From an uncultured Acidobacteriota bacterium (GTDB lineage: Bacteria > Acidobacteriota > Vicinamibacteria > Vicinamibacterales > UBA2999): a stretch of DNA of 64,000 nucleotides. The DNA is taken from positions 56,803 to 120,802 of the forward strand of contig CAWEBF010000033.1 in NCBI GenBank assembly GCA_963807235.1. The letters run 5' to 3'. Made by a program: the position numbers and the translations under genes. Shown here in pieces: positions 8,920 through 18,285 of the stretch (positions are counted from its first letter, which is position 1; every line of letters starts with the position of its first letter). The notes under the pieces were generated by a model. It made no database searches, was not told the origin of the DNA, and saw nothing but the letters and a program-made list of their open reading frames with translations.

Positions 8920-10683
8920 CTAGCGTTGCGCGGGGACCAGCGACACCGACGTGCCGCCGTCGGCCACGCTCAGCGAATCGGCGTTCCACAAGACGGGTGG
9001 GCGCATCACCGACGGCACCACGCCGCGCACGCGCGCCGTGTGCGCCGAGTACATGCGCGGCGCCGCGAACGTGAGCACCGGCAGCTGCTCCGCCATGATC
9101 AGCTGCACGCTGTTGAACAGCGCGCGTCTCTGCTCCTGGTCCATCGGGGAGGCCTGCTGCGCCATCAGCTCGTCGATCTGCGCCTCCCACGGCGTGGCCG
9201 GCGTTTTCTGCTCGCGGTTCCAGACGTGCGCCGAGCCGGAGCTGAGCCAGAAGTCGAGATTCGCCCCCGGCTCAGGGTCCGTCAGCAAGCGCATGTAGAT
9301 GGCATCGAAGTCGCACGCCAGCATCCGCTGGATCATCGCACCGTTCTCGAGCGGCGCCACGTCGAACACCACGCCGATCTGCTTCGTGGCTTCGCCGATC
9401 ACGGCGAGCCCGCGCTCGTACCAGCCCAGGCCGCGCTGTGTGATCACGGTGAAGCGCGCCTCGGTGCCGCGTTCGTCCTCCACGACACCGTTTTTGTTGC
9501 GGTCCATCAGGCCGATGCTGGCCAGGAGCGCCTTGGCCTTGGCCGGGTCGTGGGGATAGCGAGTCAGGTTCGGATTGAACCAGGTGGCGTTGCCCGGCGT
9601 GGTCGTGCCCCACACCGGCACGGCTTCGCCAAGGAACACGGTTTGCGCAAAGGCCTCGCGGTCCACGGCGTGCGACAGCGCCTGACGGAATTCCTTGCGG
9701 CTCACGAAGGCGAATCGCGGGTCCTTCTGCTTTGCCGCCGGCTTCAGGCAGAACCACAAGGCATCCGCGTCCAGGGAGACGCCCAGCTCCACCATCTTCA
9801 GCGCGCCTTGTTCCTCCGAACGGCGCACCGGCAGGTAGTCTTCCGAGCGGATCGCGTCCTGGGGCAGGTCGCTTTGCCCCGACTGCAGCCGCAGCAGCTC
9901 GGCGTTCTGATCCGGCACCACTTCCAGCACGATGCGGTCCAGATACGGCAGCGGCTTGCCGTCGGCCGCCATGCGCCAGTAGTGGGGATTGCGGTCCAGC
10001 ACCACCCGCTGTCCCGGCTGGTACGCGCTGAACACGAACGGCCCCGCGCCGACCACGTCGGCCGGCGGCGTCTGCATCGACCAGGCCTCGGCGAAGGTGC
10101 CGGACGTATAGGCGGATTCCAGCTTGTGGCGCGGCAGGATGGGCAATACGTCCAGCATTCGCAGCCCCTGACCGGACGGCCCGGCAAAGGTCACGCGCAC
10201 GGTGCGCGGGTCCACCGCCGTGGCCGTGATGGGTTTGCCCCCGGCCATCAGCGATGGGGCCAGCGCGCTGATCTTCTCGTCGGTGCCTGCCCGGAACGAG
10301 AAGACCACATCCTCCGCCGTCAGCGGTGTGCCGTCGGACCACTTGAGGCCGTCGCGCAAGTAGAGCGTGTGGGTCAGGCCATCGGGGCTCGAGTCCCAGC
10401 GCTCGGCCAACCACGGCTCCAGTTCGAACGTGGACCGGTTCACCCGCGCCAGGCGTGCCTGCGTCAGCACGCTCAACAGCTCCGCCGACTGCGTGCGAAC
10501 CGTGATGCGGTTGAAGGAGCGCGGCTCGGCCCGGACGGTCGTGACGAGCTGTCCACCGCGGCGCGGAGCCTCGACTACCGTCCCTGACGGCGCGTCTGGG
10601 GCGACGGGGCGGAAGTACCAGATGCCGCCCAGCACCAGCGCTCCAGTGATAAAGGCGCCCACGAAGCGCTTAAACCGGCCCAT
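8920..10683 (-). CDS. ABC transporter substrate-binding protein, family 5 (peptide/nickel type)
   Basis: Intact 587-aa ORF with an N-terminal anchor. Family-5 pattern: LARVNRSTFELEPWLAERWDSSPDGLTHTLYLRDGLKWSDGTPLTAEDVVFSF. Confidence 0.9.
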   Translation of the reverse strand: MGRFKRFVGAFITGALVLGGIWYFRPVAPDAPSGTVVEAPRRGGQLVTTVRAEPRSFNRITVRTQSAELLSVLTQARLARVNRSTFELEPWLAERWDSSPDGLTHTLYLRDGLKWSDGTPLTAEDVVFSFRAGTDEKISALAPSLMAGGKPITATAVDPRTVRVTFAGPSGQGLRMLDVLPILPRHKLESAYTSGTFAEAWSMQTPPADVVGAGPFVFSAYQPGQRVVLDRNPHYWRMAADGKPLPYLDRIVLEVVPDQNAELLRLQSGQSDLPQDAIRSEDYLPVRRSEEQGALKMVELGVSLDADALWFCLKPAAKQKDPRFAFVSRKEFRQALSHAVDREAFAQTVFLGEAVPVWGTTTPGNATWFNPNLTRYPHDPAKAKALLASIGLMDRNKNGVVEDERGTEARFTVITQRGLGWYERGLAVIGEATKQIGVVFDVAPLENGAMIQRMLACDFDAIYMRLLTDPEPGANLDFWLSSGSAHVWNREQKTPATPWEAQIDELMAQQASPMDQEQRRALFNSVQLIMAEQLPVLTFAAPRMYSAHTARVRGVVPSVMRPPVLWNADSLSVADGGTSVSLVPAQR

Positions 10684-10948
10684 TTGACGCTACCCCGGCT
10701 CATTTCTTGGCCGGTCCTGGACCGGTCAAAAAAAATGTGAAAGACGTCATTCTCCGTGCATTTTGCGACCAGTCCACCATCGGGTCCTGTCGTGCTAACG
10801 CGCGGGGCCAGAACCCTGGCTTGAAGCCTTATCGGCGTCTCGCCGAGGCCGGCGCACGAATCATCCGCAACAGACTGATGCCAAACAACTTATCAACCTA
10901 ACACATCCGGCTAACTGGGCCGGTACGGACCCTGCCATTACGGGAAGC

Positions 10949-11179
10949 ATGGAGCAAACGGAAACCCCCCAACTCAATGACCCGAAGAGACCCTCCATTG
11001 CGCTGCCGGAAACGCTTGGCCGCAGCGTGTCCCTGGAGCAAGCGGCCCGACTGCTGCGTGTGTCGCGCCGGACCATCTACAACCACATTCGCGATGGGCA
11101 CCTGATCACCATCCGGACTTACGGGTCCCAGCGCGTTCTCGTGGAATCGCTGCAGTCCTATACCAGCCAATTCTCGTAG
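10949..11179 (+). CDS. Small helix-turn-helix DNA-binding protein (excisionase/MerR-type HTH)
   Basis: 76 aa. The HTH segment SLEQAARLLRVSRRTIYNHIRDGHLITIR is typical of excisionase-family domains. Confidence 0.7.
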   Translation: MEQTETPQLNDPKRPSIALPETLGRSVSLEQAARLLRVSRRTIYNHIRDGHLITIRTYGSQRVLVESLQSYTSQFS

Positions 11180-11201
11180 ACGTTAGAACGGAGCAAGCCT
11201 T

Positions 11202-12627
11202 ATGTCGCTTCTTTCGCGCCGGGGACTCCTAGCCACTGCAAGCCGCCTTCTGGCGGTCGCGTCGTGCATGGCCATTGTGGCCGCCAACGACGCCGCCGCT
11301 CAGGGCCGGCGCGCGCGGCTGTCGGAAGACCTGGAGCAGAAGATTCAGGCGGGCGATGCGCGGCCGACGTCGGTGATTCTGACGGGCAGCCAGGCCAAGG
11401 TCGACGAGCTGGCAGCGCGGCACGGGCTGCGCGTGGCGCGCCGGTTGGACGGCGGAGCGGTGACTGGACGTCCCGGCAGGCGCCCTGGCGGCCTTGTCGC
11501 AGGATGGCGAGGTTGATCAGCTGTCCGGCAATTCGATCGTGCGGTCCATGATGGCCGTGACGAACGAGGCGATCGGCGCGGCGCTGTTGCAGGGCTCGGG
11601 CCTTGGCCCGCGCGCCCTGGTCGGTCGCGGCATCGGCGTTGCCGTGATCGATTCCGGCGTGGCCAACCTACCCGAACTGCGCCCCCGAGTGGTGGCCAGC
11701 GTGGACTTCACAGGTACCAACACGCTCGACGAGTTCGGCCACGGGACGCACGTGGCGGGCATCATCGCCGCGCGTGACAACGACTCGCACGGCGTCGCAC
11801 CTGGTGCGCACATCGTCAGCCTGAAGGTGATCGACGGCAGCGGCTCGGGCCTTGTCGGCAACGTGATTGCGGCACTGGATTGGGTTGTCGCCAACAAGGA
11901 CCGCTTCAACATTCGCGTCGTGAACATGTCGCTGGGCGCGCCGGTGCTGCAGTCGTGGCGCGACGACCCCCTGTGCCAGGCCGTGGAGCGCGCGTATCGC
12001 GCCGGCGTCACGGTGGTGGCTTCCTCCGGCAACCGGGGCAAGATGCCGGAGCCGGACGGCCGCACCATCTATGGCGGCGTCACCACCCCCGGCAACTCCC
12101 CCTATGCGATCACGGTGGGCGCGCTGAACACCAAGGGCACGGCCGCGCGGTCCGACGACGTGATGGCGACCTACAGCAGCAAGGGCCCCACGCGGTTCGA
12201 TCACCTGATCAAGCCGGACCTGTCGGCGCCCGGCAACAAGATCGTGAGCCTGGCCGCGCCTGGCTCCCGCCTGGTCACGGAGCACCCTGAGCTGGTGACG
12301 CGTGATGGCGGCCGGCTGCGGCTGCAGCTCTCAGGGACCAGCATGGCCGCCGCCGTGGTGTCGGGCGCCGCCGCGCAGGTGCTGCAGGCGTTGCCGACCG
12401 CCACGCCGCTGAACCTCCGCGCCCGCCTGCAGTTCGGCTCTGAACCGATGCCCGGCGTGGGACTGGTAGTGGGCGGCGCGGGAAGCTTGAACGTGATCGG
12501 GGCGTTGGCCGCGCCGCGAACGGGCACCGTGAACATCGCCGGTGAGCCTGTGAGATTTGGTGCGACCGTTATCGCACACACGTTGGTCTACGGCGATACA
12601 TTGGTCTACGGCGACACGCTGGTCTAG
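11202..12627 (+). CDS. S8 (subtilisin-like) serine peptidase with I9-like propeptide; one frame break, C-terminus runs into a tandem repeat
   Basis: ORF 11202..11516 carries a Tat-like SRRGLL signal and the propeptide. ORF 11494..12627 carries the triad contexts VAVIDSGV, HGTHVAGII and SGTSMAAAVVSG. The frame switches near 11460-11466. The ORF ends at a TAG inside repeat unit 3. Confidence 0.85.
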
Positions 12628-13002
12628 GGGACACCATGGTCTGGGCGGACACCATCGTCTAGGGCGACACGATGGTCTGGGCGGACACGATCGTCTGGGC
12701 GGACACATCTGGTCTCGGCGGACACCCTCGTCTAGGGCGGACACGATCGTCTAGGGCGACACCCTGGTCTACGGGCGACACCCTGGTCTACGGCGGACAC
12801 CATGGTCTACGGGCCGACACCATGGTCTACGGGCGACACCATGGTCTACGGGGACACGATCGTCTACGGGCGACACGCTGGTCTGGGCCGACACCCTGGT
12901 CTACGGGGACACCCTGGTTTACGGCGGACACCCTGGTCTACGGGCGACACCCTGGTCTACGGCGACACGCTCGTCTACGGGGACACGCTGGTCTATGGCG
13001 AC
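12578..13002. repeat. Tandem array of about 23 units of 17-20 nt (GTCTACGGSGACACSCTG, coding VYGDTL when 18 nt)
   Basis: Read directly from the sequence. Units start at every GTCTAC/GTCTGG/GTCTAG. Four units carry TAG. The last frame ends ...YGDTLVYGDTLVYGD-TAG at 13003-13005. Confidence 0.9.
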
Positions 13003-13654
13003 TAGAGGCCTCTTCGAGCCACGAAGGTGAAATGAGCTACAGCGAAAACCGAGACGTAAGTGCCAGTTGCGCTAACGCTTACGCTTGGAGCAGTCGATAG
13101 ACCGTCTCTGAGACGGCCTTGACTGCCTTTCGCAATATCGCACGCCAGGCTTATCCGATCGCCGCAATCTGCGTCGGCGGCTCAGTCCTGGACTCCGATT
13201 CGGCGCTCAGAACCGGCGAGCCCCGCCAGGAGTGGCATGGCTGGTTCTCGTTGGACTAACGATCTCTGGCGGGTTCGTTCACCGTAACCCTTCCTGCTCT
13301 GCCCGGTAAGTTGTCCGCTATCTGAAACATTCATCCTCACCGCGGCGCTCCTGTTTGGCCCCTCAGCGGCAGCAATAACAGTTTCGTTGATTCCTGGCGA
13401 TTGCCTTCTGGTCCCACGACCGCCAGAAGCACACCCGCCCGGTTCCTATTCAATGTTGTCGCTCCTGCGACAGCGATTAGGCTCGCAGCCGAGGTGTTTT
13501 TCTGGACCACGGGCCTCCGCGCTGGCGAGATTGGAAGGGTCAACACAGGTGGCTTGTCTTGGCGATTCTGGGACTCGCATTCCTGTACTTTGCCTCCAAC
13601 ACCTTTTAGTCGCTGGAGCAATGGTCGCGGATCGAGGTAGCGCGGCCCTCAAGA

Positions 13655-15068
13655 TGTGGCGACGCAATCTGCCGGTCGTAAGTGTCAACTACTCGTCGGC
13701 GCGTTCATCGCTATGTTCCTCGTTGGATACATTGACGAAGTTAACGTTGCTGTCCTCGGGATCGTCATTCCGGTGCTCATCGTTTCTTACGTGACGTTCA
13801 AGACCTCGATCGGACAGGTTAGATGATGCTAACCGTCACGTCAGCCAGATTAGTGACCTCTATCTCTCTACCATCGAGGCCTTGGCCATGGCTGTCGACG
13901 CCAAGGATCAAATTACGCATGGCCACATCCGCCGAGTCCAAGTCTTTGCGACCCAACTTGCGCAAAGGACTTGGCGTTCACGACGATGCGCAGCTAAAAG
14001 CAATCGAAACAGCCGCATTACTTCATGACATGGGAAAGCTCGCCATTCCCGAATTCATCCTCAACAAGCCGGGGAAACTAACGGTTGCCGAGTTCGAGAA
14101 GATGAAACGCCATGCAGACATCGGCGCAGACCTGCTTTCGTCCATTAGCTTTCCCTATCCCGTGATTCCGATCGTCCGCCACCACCACGAGAACTGGAAC
14201 GGCACAGGCTATCCTTCAAAACTAGCCAGCCACGATATTCCTCTAGGGGCGCGCATCTTATCTGTCGTCGATTGTTTTGACGCGCTAACATCCGATCGTC
14301 CGTACCGCCCGAGAATGTCAGATGACGAGTCGTTCCGCATTCTGCGTGAGCGCAGTGGTTCAATGTACGATCCACTCATCGTCGACACATTCATTCAGGT
14401 CTTCCCTGAAATAGCGCCGGCCGCGATCCGTGCGGGACAGCAGGCACGCAGCTTGGTTCCAACCTTCTCACCAAACAAGCGTCCTGCCGCGCTGGAACAG
14501 ATCCGGTCGAACGCCGCACAGTCGTCAGTGCTTGGCGAACTCGGGCCAGCCGTGCTCCACACGAGTTCGTTGCAGGAGGCGATGGAGGTAACTGGCCAGT
14601 ACCTCGGCATGCTGACGCCAGCCACGGTCTGCGCTCTGTTCGTTCTTGAACCAGACACGAACACGCTAATCTGTACTCATTGCGTTGGCGACAACGCAGA
14701 CCTTCTCAAGGGACTGGCAGTGCCTCACGGCGAGCGCACGACAGGCTGGGCCGCGGCCCATGAGACCGTGATGGCGAACTCTCCCGCGACTCTTGGACCT
14801 CGAAGAACGAGCTGGCCGCTTTAGTCCCCCACTCCAGTCGGCCTTCGTCGCTCCCCTTCGATCGCGAAGGCAAGGTTGTGGGGGCGCTTGAGCGTCTATT
14901 CCGCTTCGCCAAGCCCGTTCTACTGACGACCATCAGTACGTGATTGAGCGAGTCGCCTCGACGTTTGAGGAGTGCCTCGAACTTCACCGAAGTCCGGGTG
15001 GCACGAAATCAGAAGTCGGTATCGGAGTCGGCGTGTCGAAGGCATCGGTTAGATTGCAGACGGGATAG
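13655..15068 (+). pseudogene. Membrane-anchored HD-GYP (c-di-GMP phosphodiesterase-type) + C-terminal GAF-like protein, multiply frameshifted
   Basis: The protein is spread over three frames. TM helices LLVGAFIAMFLVGYID..VAVLGIVIPVLIVSYV lie at about 13680-13790. DLYLSTIEALAMAVDAKDQITHGHIRRVQVFATQLAQR lies at 13850-13965 in a second frame. ORF 13823..14824 gives LGVHDDAQLKAIETAALLHDMGKLAIP...HHHENWNGTGYP...DCFDALTSDRPYR, followed by GAF-like pieces to the TAG at 15066-15068. At least 5 frame changes are needed. More TM-like segments upstream (from about 13290) may belong to it. Confidence 0.6.
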
Positions 15069-15117
15069 GATCGGCGATCAATCTGGCCGGGCACTTTCCT
15101 GGCCAGTTCGGAGCGCC

Positions 15118-16224
15118 ATGATCCTGAGTTATGACGCCGCTTTAAAGCTATATCGCTCTGGCGAATTCGGCGCCCTGAGCAAGTCTTTCGGGGCTGCAAA
15201 CCCGAACGACAGCCGACTGGAGCCTCAGCTTCGTGTTCTCGTTGCCCATGGCTTGGTTCGCGTAGGCAACCCCGATCGGGCGCGCGAACTCCTGTCTCCT
15301 GAACTAGTCGCCAATGCGCCAATCGCCCTGCGAGCGAGGGCCCAGATTGTTCTGGGGCTCGCGAGCCGAGCGGCCGGCGAGTTCAACGATGCGCTAGCAC
15401 AACTCCAACTCGCTGTAAGGCTTAGTCAGTCACAGCCCGACCTTGAAGAGGCGGCGTGGGCGCAGCTGCATCTGCTTCGCCACATGTTGGATGCAAGCAA
15501 CATAGAAATTCCGCAGGCAATGCTTCCAACCGTGCGGGCAGCTGTTCGAAAAGCTGGGTCACCTCAGACGACAGCGTACCTGCACGTTGTGATCGCTTTT
15601 CTCGAGGGGCGAAGAGGTCGCTTGGATGAGGGCTCGAGACACTGTGCCATCGCTGATGGTGTTCTCAAACTGGCTCCGCATGCATGGTTGCAGTGTGGCG
15701 TTCTGAGGAACCAGGCATCAATCGCTCTCGCTGGCTGTCGCCTGCACGATGCGCGCTCTGCGATCTCCGCGGTGAACAAGATCGCACGAGACCACCTGCT
15801 GACTCGCGAGCTCGTCGAGAACGACGCCAACCTTGGCTATGTTCAGCTGCTTACGGGCGACTACAGACGCAGCGCGCAGACATTGACCCATGTCCTTGAG
15901 TCGCCGAATACGTCGATGCGAGCGCGACTCGCCGCCCTTGAAACGCTTGCTCGCGTTTATCTCGCATCGGGAGACTTGGACAGCTGTGAGAAGTGTCTGG
16001 ATAGGATCGCATCCGAGGCGGCACGCCAATCCACCCAACTACACTCCTACACCACACGATGGGCAGCAGTCGCGAGAGCGAGACTTCTTCTAAAGCGTGG
16101 AGACTTTGAGTCTTCACTCGAACACTTGACGAATGCGGAAGCTAGGGGAGACGGCGGAGCCGATTTCCAGTCGGTCGGCAACCCGCAGCCTGGTCAAGAG
16201 TCAGGCTCTCGCGAGATTGAGTAG
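15118..16224 (+). CDS. All-helical TPR-like protein; C-terminus uncertain (frame-abuts the downstream sigma-54 activator)
   Basis: ORF 14944..16224; the plausible start is ATG 15118 (MILSYDAALKLYRSGEF). Helical repeat pairs run throughout. After about 16135 the plausible sequence continues in ORF 16133's frame (LGETAEPISSRSATRSLVKSQALARLSRHAEAALRLLDAERDG...) up to about 16360. Confidence 0.55.
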   Translation: MILSYDAALKLYRSGEFGALSKSFGAANPNDSRLEPQLRVLVAHGLVRVGNPDRARELLSPELVANAPIALRARAQIVLGLASRAAGEFNDALAQLQLAVRLSQSQPDLEEAAWAQLHLLRHMLDASNIEIPQAMLPTVRAAVRKAGSPQTTAYLHVVIAFLEGRRGRLDEGSRHCAIADGVLKLAPHAWLQCGVLRNQASIALAGCRLHDARSAISAVNKIARDHLLTRELVENDANLGYVQLLTGDYRRSAQTLTHVLESPNTSMRARLAALETLARVYLASGDLDSCEKCLDRIASEAARQSTQLHSYTTRWAAVARARLLLKRGDFESSLEHLTNAEARGDGGADFQSVGNPQPGQESGSREIE

Positions 16225-16361
16225 ACATGCCGAGGCTGCACTGCGTTTGCTAGATGCTGAACGCGACGGCGCCACGGGTCATGGCGATCTTCAAGGACAG
16301 TATTACTGTGCGGCCGGTTGCGCCGTAGGAGCTTCGAACACGCTACTGGCACATCAGCTGC

Positions 16362-17810
16362 GTGTCGCGTGCACAAAGGCTTTGGGCCCATCAAGGCATT
16401 GCGTCGCTCGAGCGGGAGATGGAAGACATTTCGCCGCGTGTCGCCCGACGCACCAAACAACAGGGTCCGGCCACGGCGATCAATGCGCTCGGAAGCGCGA
16501 TCGATCTCGCGCACAGTCCGCGGCTCCTGGCAGAAGAGATCGTGCAGGTTCTCGACGAAGTCAACGTCAAGAGCGCCGTCGTCGCCGGCGCGTCTGCCGA
16601 GAGCTCCGGGGAGGGCATTTCCCTATCCGTGGGCTCCGATGGCGGCAAGCAGATCACGGTTACGTGCGAGATGCCTCAGACGCCAGAACAGGCGGTCCTG
16701 ATGCAGGACATCCTTCGTGTGGGCCGGGCTGCGGTGGAACTCGAACGCTATCGAGAAGACGAGCGGCGGCGGACGGCATTGTGGCCGGAAGATCCCATCG
16801 AAGAACAGCTCGGCGCGCTCTTCATCTCGGAGGAGATGCGCGAGCTCTTGGCCACCGTTCGGCGCATCGCCGCCACCACCGTCCCGATTCTGATCACGGG
16901 CGAAACGGGCACAGGCAAGGAAGTGGTCTCACGCCTGGTCCATGCCTATTCCCAGCGCGCAAGAGCGCCGTTCCTGGCCTTCAACTGCACATCGACGCCG
17001 CGAGACATGCTGGATTCGCAGCTCTTCGGACACCGCCGGGGAGCTTTCACCGGAGCCGTGGAACACTTTCCCGGCATCGTCCGCACGGCCGACCGGGGCA
17101 CGTTGCTTCTGGACGAGATCGGCGACATGCCGCTCGACGTGCAGCCCAAACTGCTCCGATTCCTCGAATCAGGCGAGGTGCACCCGATTGGCGAATCGCG
17201 CCCTGCGAAGGTGGACGTTCGAGTACTGGCCGCGACCAACACGCGCTTGGAAACGCTTGTCTCACAAGGGCAGTTCCGCGAGGACCTCTACTACCGCTTG
17301 AACATCGTGGAACTGGTGATTCCCCCACTGCGTGAACGACGCGTGGACATACCTTCTCTCGCCAATCACTATCTGAAGAAGCACGCCCACGAATACTCCA
17401 AGGGAGAATTACGGCTGGCGGAAGACACGATGGAGTACCTGCTGCTCTACAAGTGGCCGGGCAACGTTCGTCAGCTGGCTAACGAGATGCGCCGCATGGC
17501 CGCGGTGGCTGAAACCGGGGCCGTGCTCATGCCCGAGCACCTGTCACGCGATATCGCAGCTTCTCGCCGGACTGTGCCGGTCGCCGAACGCCCCGCGGAT
17601 CCTCGAGAGCTCGTGGTGCGCGTGGATCAGCCGCTCGCCGCGGCAGTCGAGCACGTGGAGCGAGCGATGATTCAGCACGCCCTCGAGAAGTGCGGCGGGC
17701 GCGTGGAGGAGACGGCTGCGCTGCTGGGACTCTCGCGCAAGGGCCTTTACCTGAAGCGGCAGCGCTATCAGCTGGACCAGCCTGGCCCGGCGGTGCGCCT
17801 TCAGGCCTGA
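16362..17810 (+). CDS. Sigma-54-dependent transcriptional activator (bEBP, Fis-type HTH), no receiver domain
   Basis: Walker A ILITGETGTGKE, GAFTGA loop (HRRGAFTGAV), Walker B LLLDEIGDM, the R-finger region, WPGNVRQL, and the C-terminal HTH AALLGLSRKGLYLKRQR. Confidence 0.9.
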   Translation: MSRAQRLWAHQGIASLEREMEDISPRVARRTKQQGPATAINALGSAIDLAHSPRLLAEEIVQVLDEVNVKSAVVAGASAESSGEGISLSVGSDGGKQITVTCEMPQTPEQAVLMQDILRVGRAAVELERYREDERRRTALWPEDPIEEQLGALFISEEMRELLATVRRIAATTVPILITGETGTGKEVVSRLVHAYSQRARAPFLAFNCTSTPRDMLDSQLFGHRRGAFTGAVEHFPGIVRTADRGTLLLDEIGDMPLDVQPKLLRFLESGEVHPIGESRPAKVDVRVLAATNTRLETLVSQGQFREDLYYRLNIVELVIPPLRERRVDIPSLANHYLKKHAHEYSKGELRLAEDTMEYLLLYKWPGNVRQLANEMRRMAAVAETGAVLMPEHLSRDIAASRRTVPVAERPADPRELVVRVDQPLAAAVEHVERAMIQHALEKCGGRVEETAALLGLSRKGLYLKRQRYQLDQPGPAVRLQA

Positions 17811-17817
17811 GGCCAGC

Positions 17818-17994
17818 TCAGGAGGCTGGATCCTTCTGGCGCGTCTTGACGATGCCGCCCATCAAACCGATGCCGATGATGACCAACGCTCCGGCGACGA
17901 TCCATACCTGACTCACGCCCAGCCGGTTCGCACCATAGGCAAGCCCTGCCACAACAAGGAGCGTACCGACCAGGTAGATGACCATGTTAGTCAT
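17818..17994 (-). CDS. Small (58 aa) two-helix membrane protein, hypothetical
   Basis: Below the ORF-track length cut-off. The reverse strand reads MTNMVIYLVGTLLVVAGLAYGANRLGVSQVWIVAGALVIIGIGLMGGIVKTRQKDPAS, then a stop at 17818-17820. Confidence 0.4.
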   Translation of the reverse strand: MTNMVIYLVGTLLVVAGLAYGANRLGVSQVWIVAGALVIIGIGLMGGIVKTRQKDPAS

Positions 17995-18229
17995 ACGTTT
18001 TCACTCCAGCTGTCAAAGAGTGCAAAACAGTCGCCAACATATCGCTGAGCTGCGGGCGGCGAGGTTAGCGGAGGCTCGAAACGTCGTGCAGTTCGCGCAA
18101 CCCTCAGAAAAGCGAGACAGTGCAGGTTTGACGATCGTCCCGATCTGATTGGGCATCGAGAACGAGACTTTGTTCGCCGCCACCGACGCGCCTTCCACGC
18201 CGTCGCGCCAAAACACTCCGAAAAACCAC

Positions 18230-18244
18230 TGGCACTGAAGCTGC
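18230..18244 (+). promoter_or_regulatory. Candidate sigma-54 (-24/-12) promoter
   Basis: TGGCAC-tgaag-CTGC matches 9 of the 10 fixed positions of TGGCAC-N5-TTGC. It lies 41 nt upstream of ATG 18286, and a GGAG RBS sits at 18276-18279. Confidence 0.5.
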
Positions 18245-18285
18245 CCTGTTAGAAGGTGGAGCGCAACAACGCGCCGGAGCACACG

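Noticed and set aside
8737-10587. 616-aa plus-strand ORF.
   Set aside because: It is antisense to the family-5 substrate-binding protein, is Arg/His-rich, and has no motifs. It is a shadow ORF.
10698-10728. Hairpin CCGGTCC-T-GGACCGG followed by A8, considered as a terminator.
   Set aside because: On neither strand is the stem followed by a U-tract in the direction of a converging gene. It lies in the 5' region of the ABC operon. It is possibly an UP-like A/T tract, but that is unsupported.
12578-13002. Regularly spaced short repeats considered as a CRISPR array.
   Set aside because: The units are contiguous, 17-20 nt, with no spacers. They are in phase with a protein-coding hexapeptide and continuous with the S8 ORF. 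No cas genes are present.
16133-17335. 400-aa ORF overlapping the sigma-54 activator in another frame.
   Set aside because: Only its first 75 or so codons (to about 16360) look like real helical protein, as a continuation of the TPR-like ORF. The remainder is Arg/Gly/His-rich and overlaps the clearly genuine AAA+ frame.
13006-18250. Lower-GC segment considered as a prophage or integrative element.
   Set aside because: It has no integrase, recombinase, tRNA, phage structural gene or flanking direct repeat. I keep it only as a compositional anomaly (see findings).
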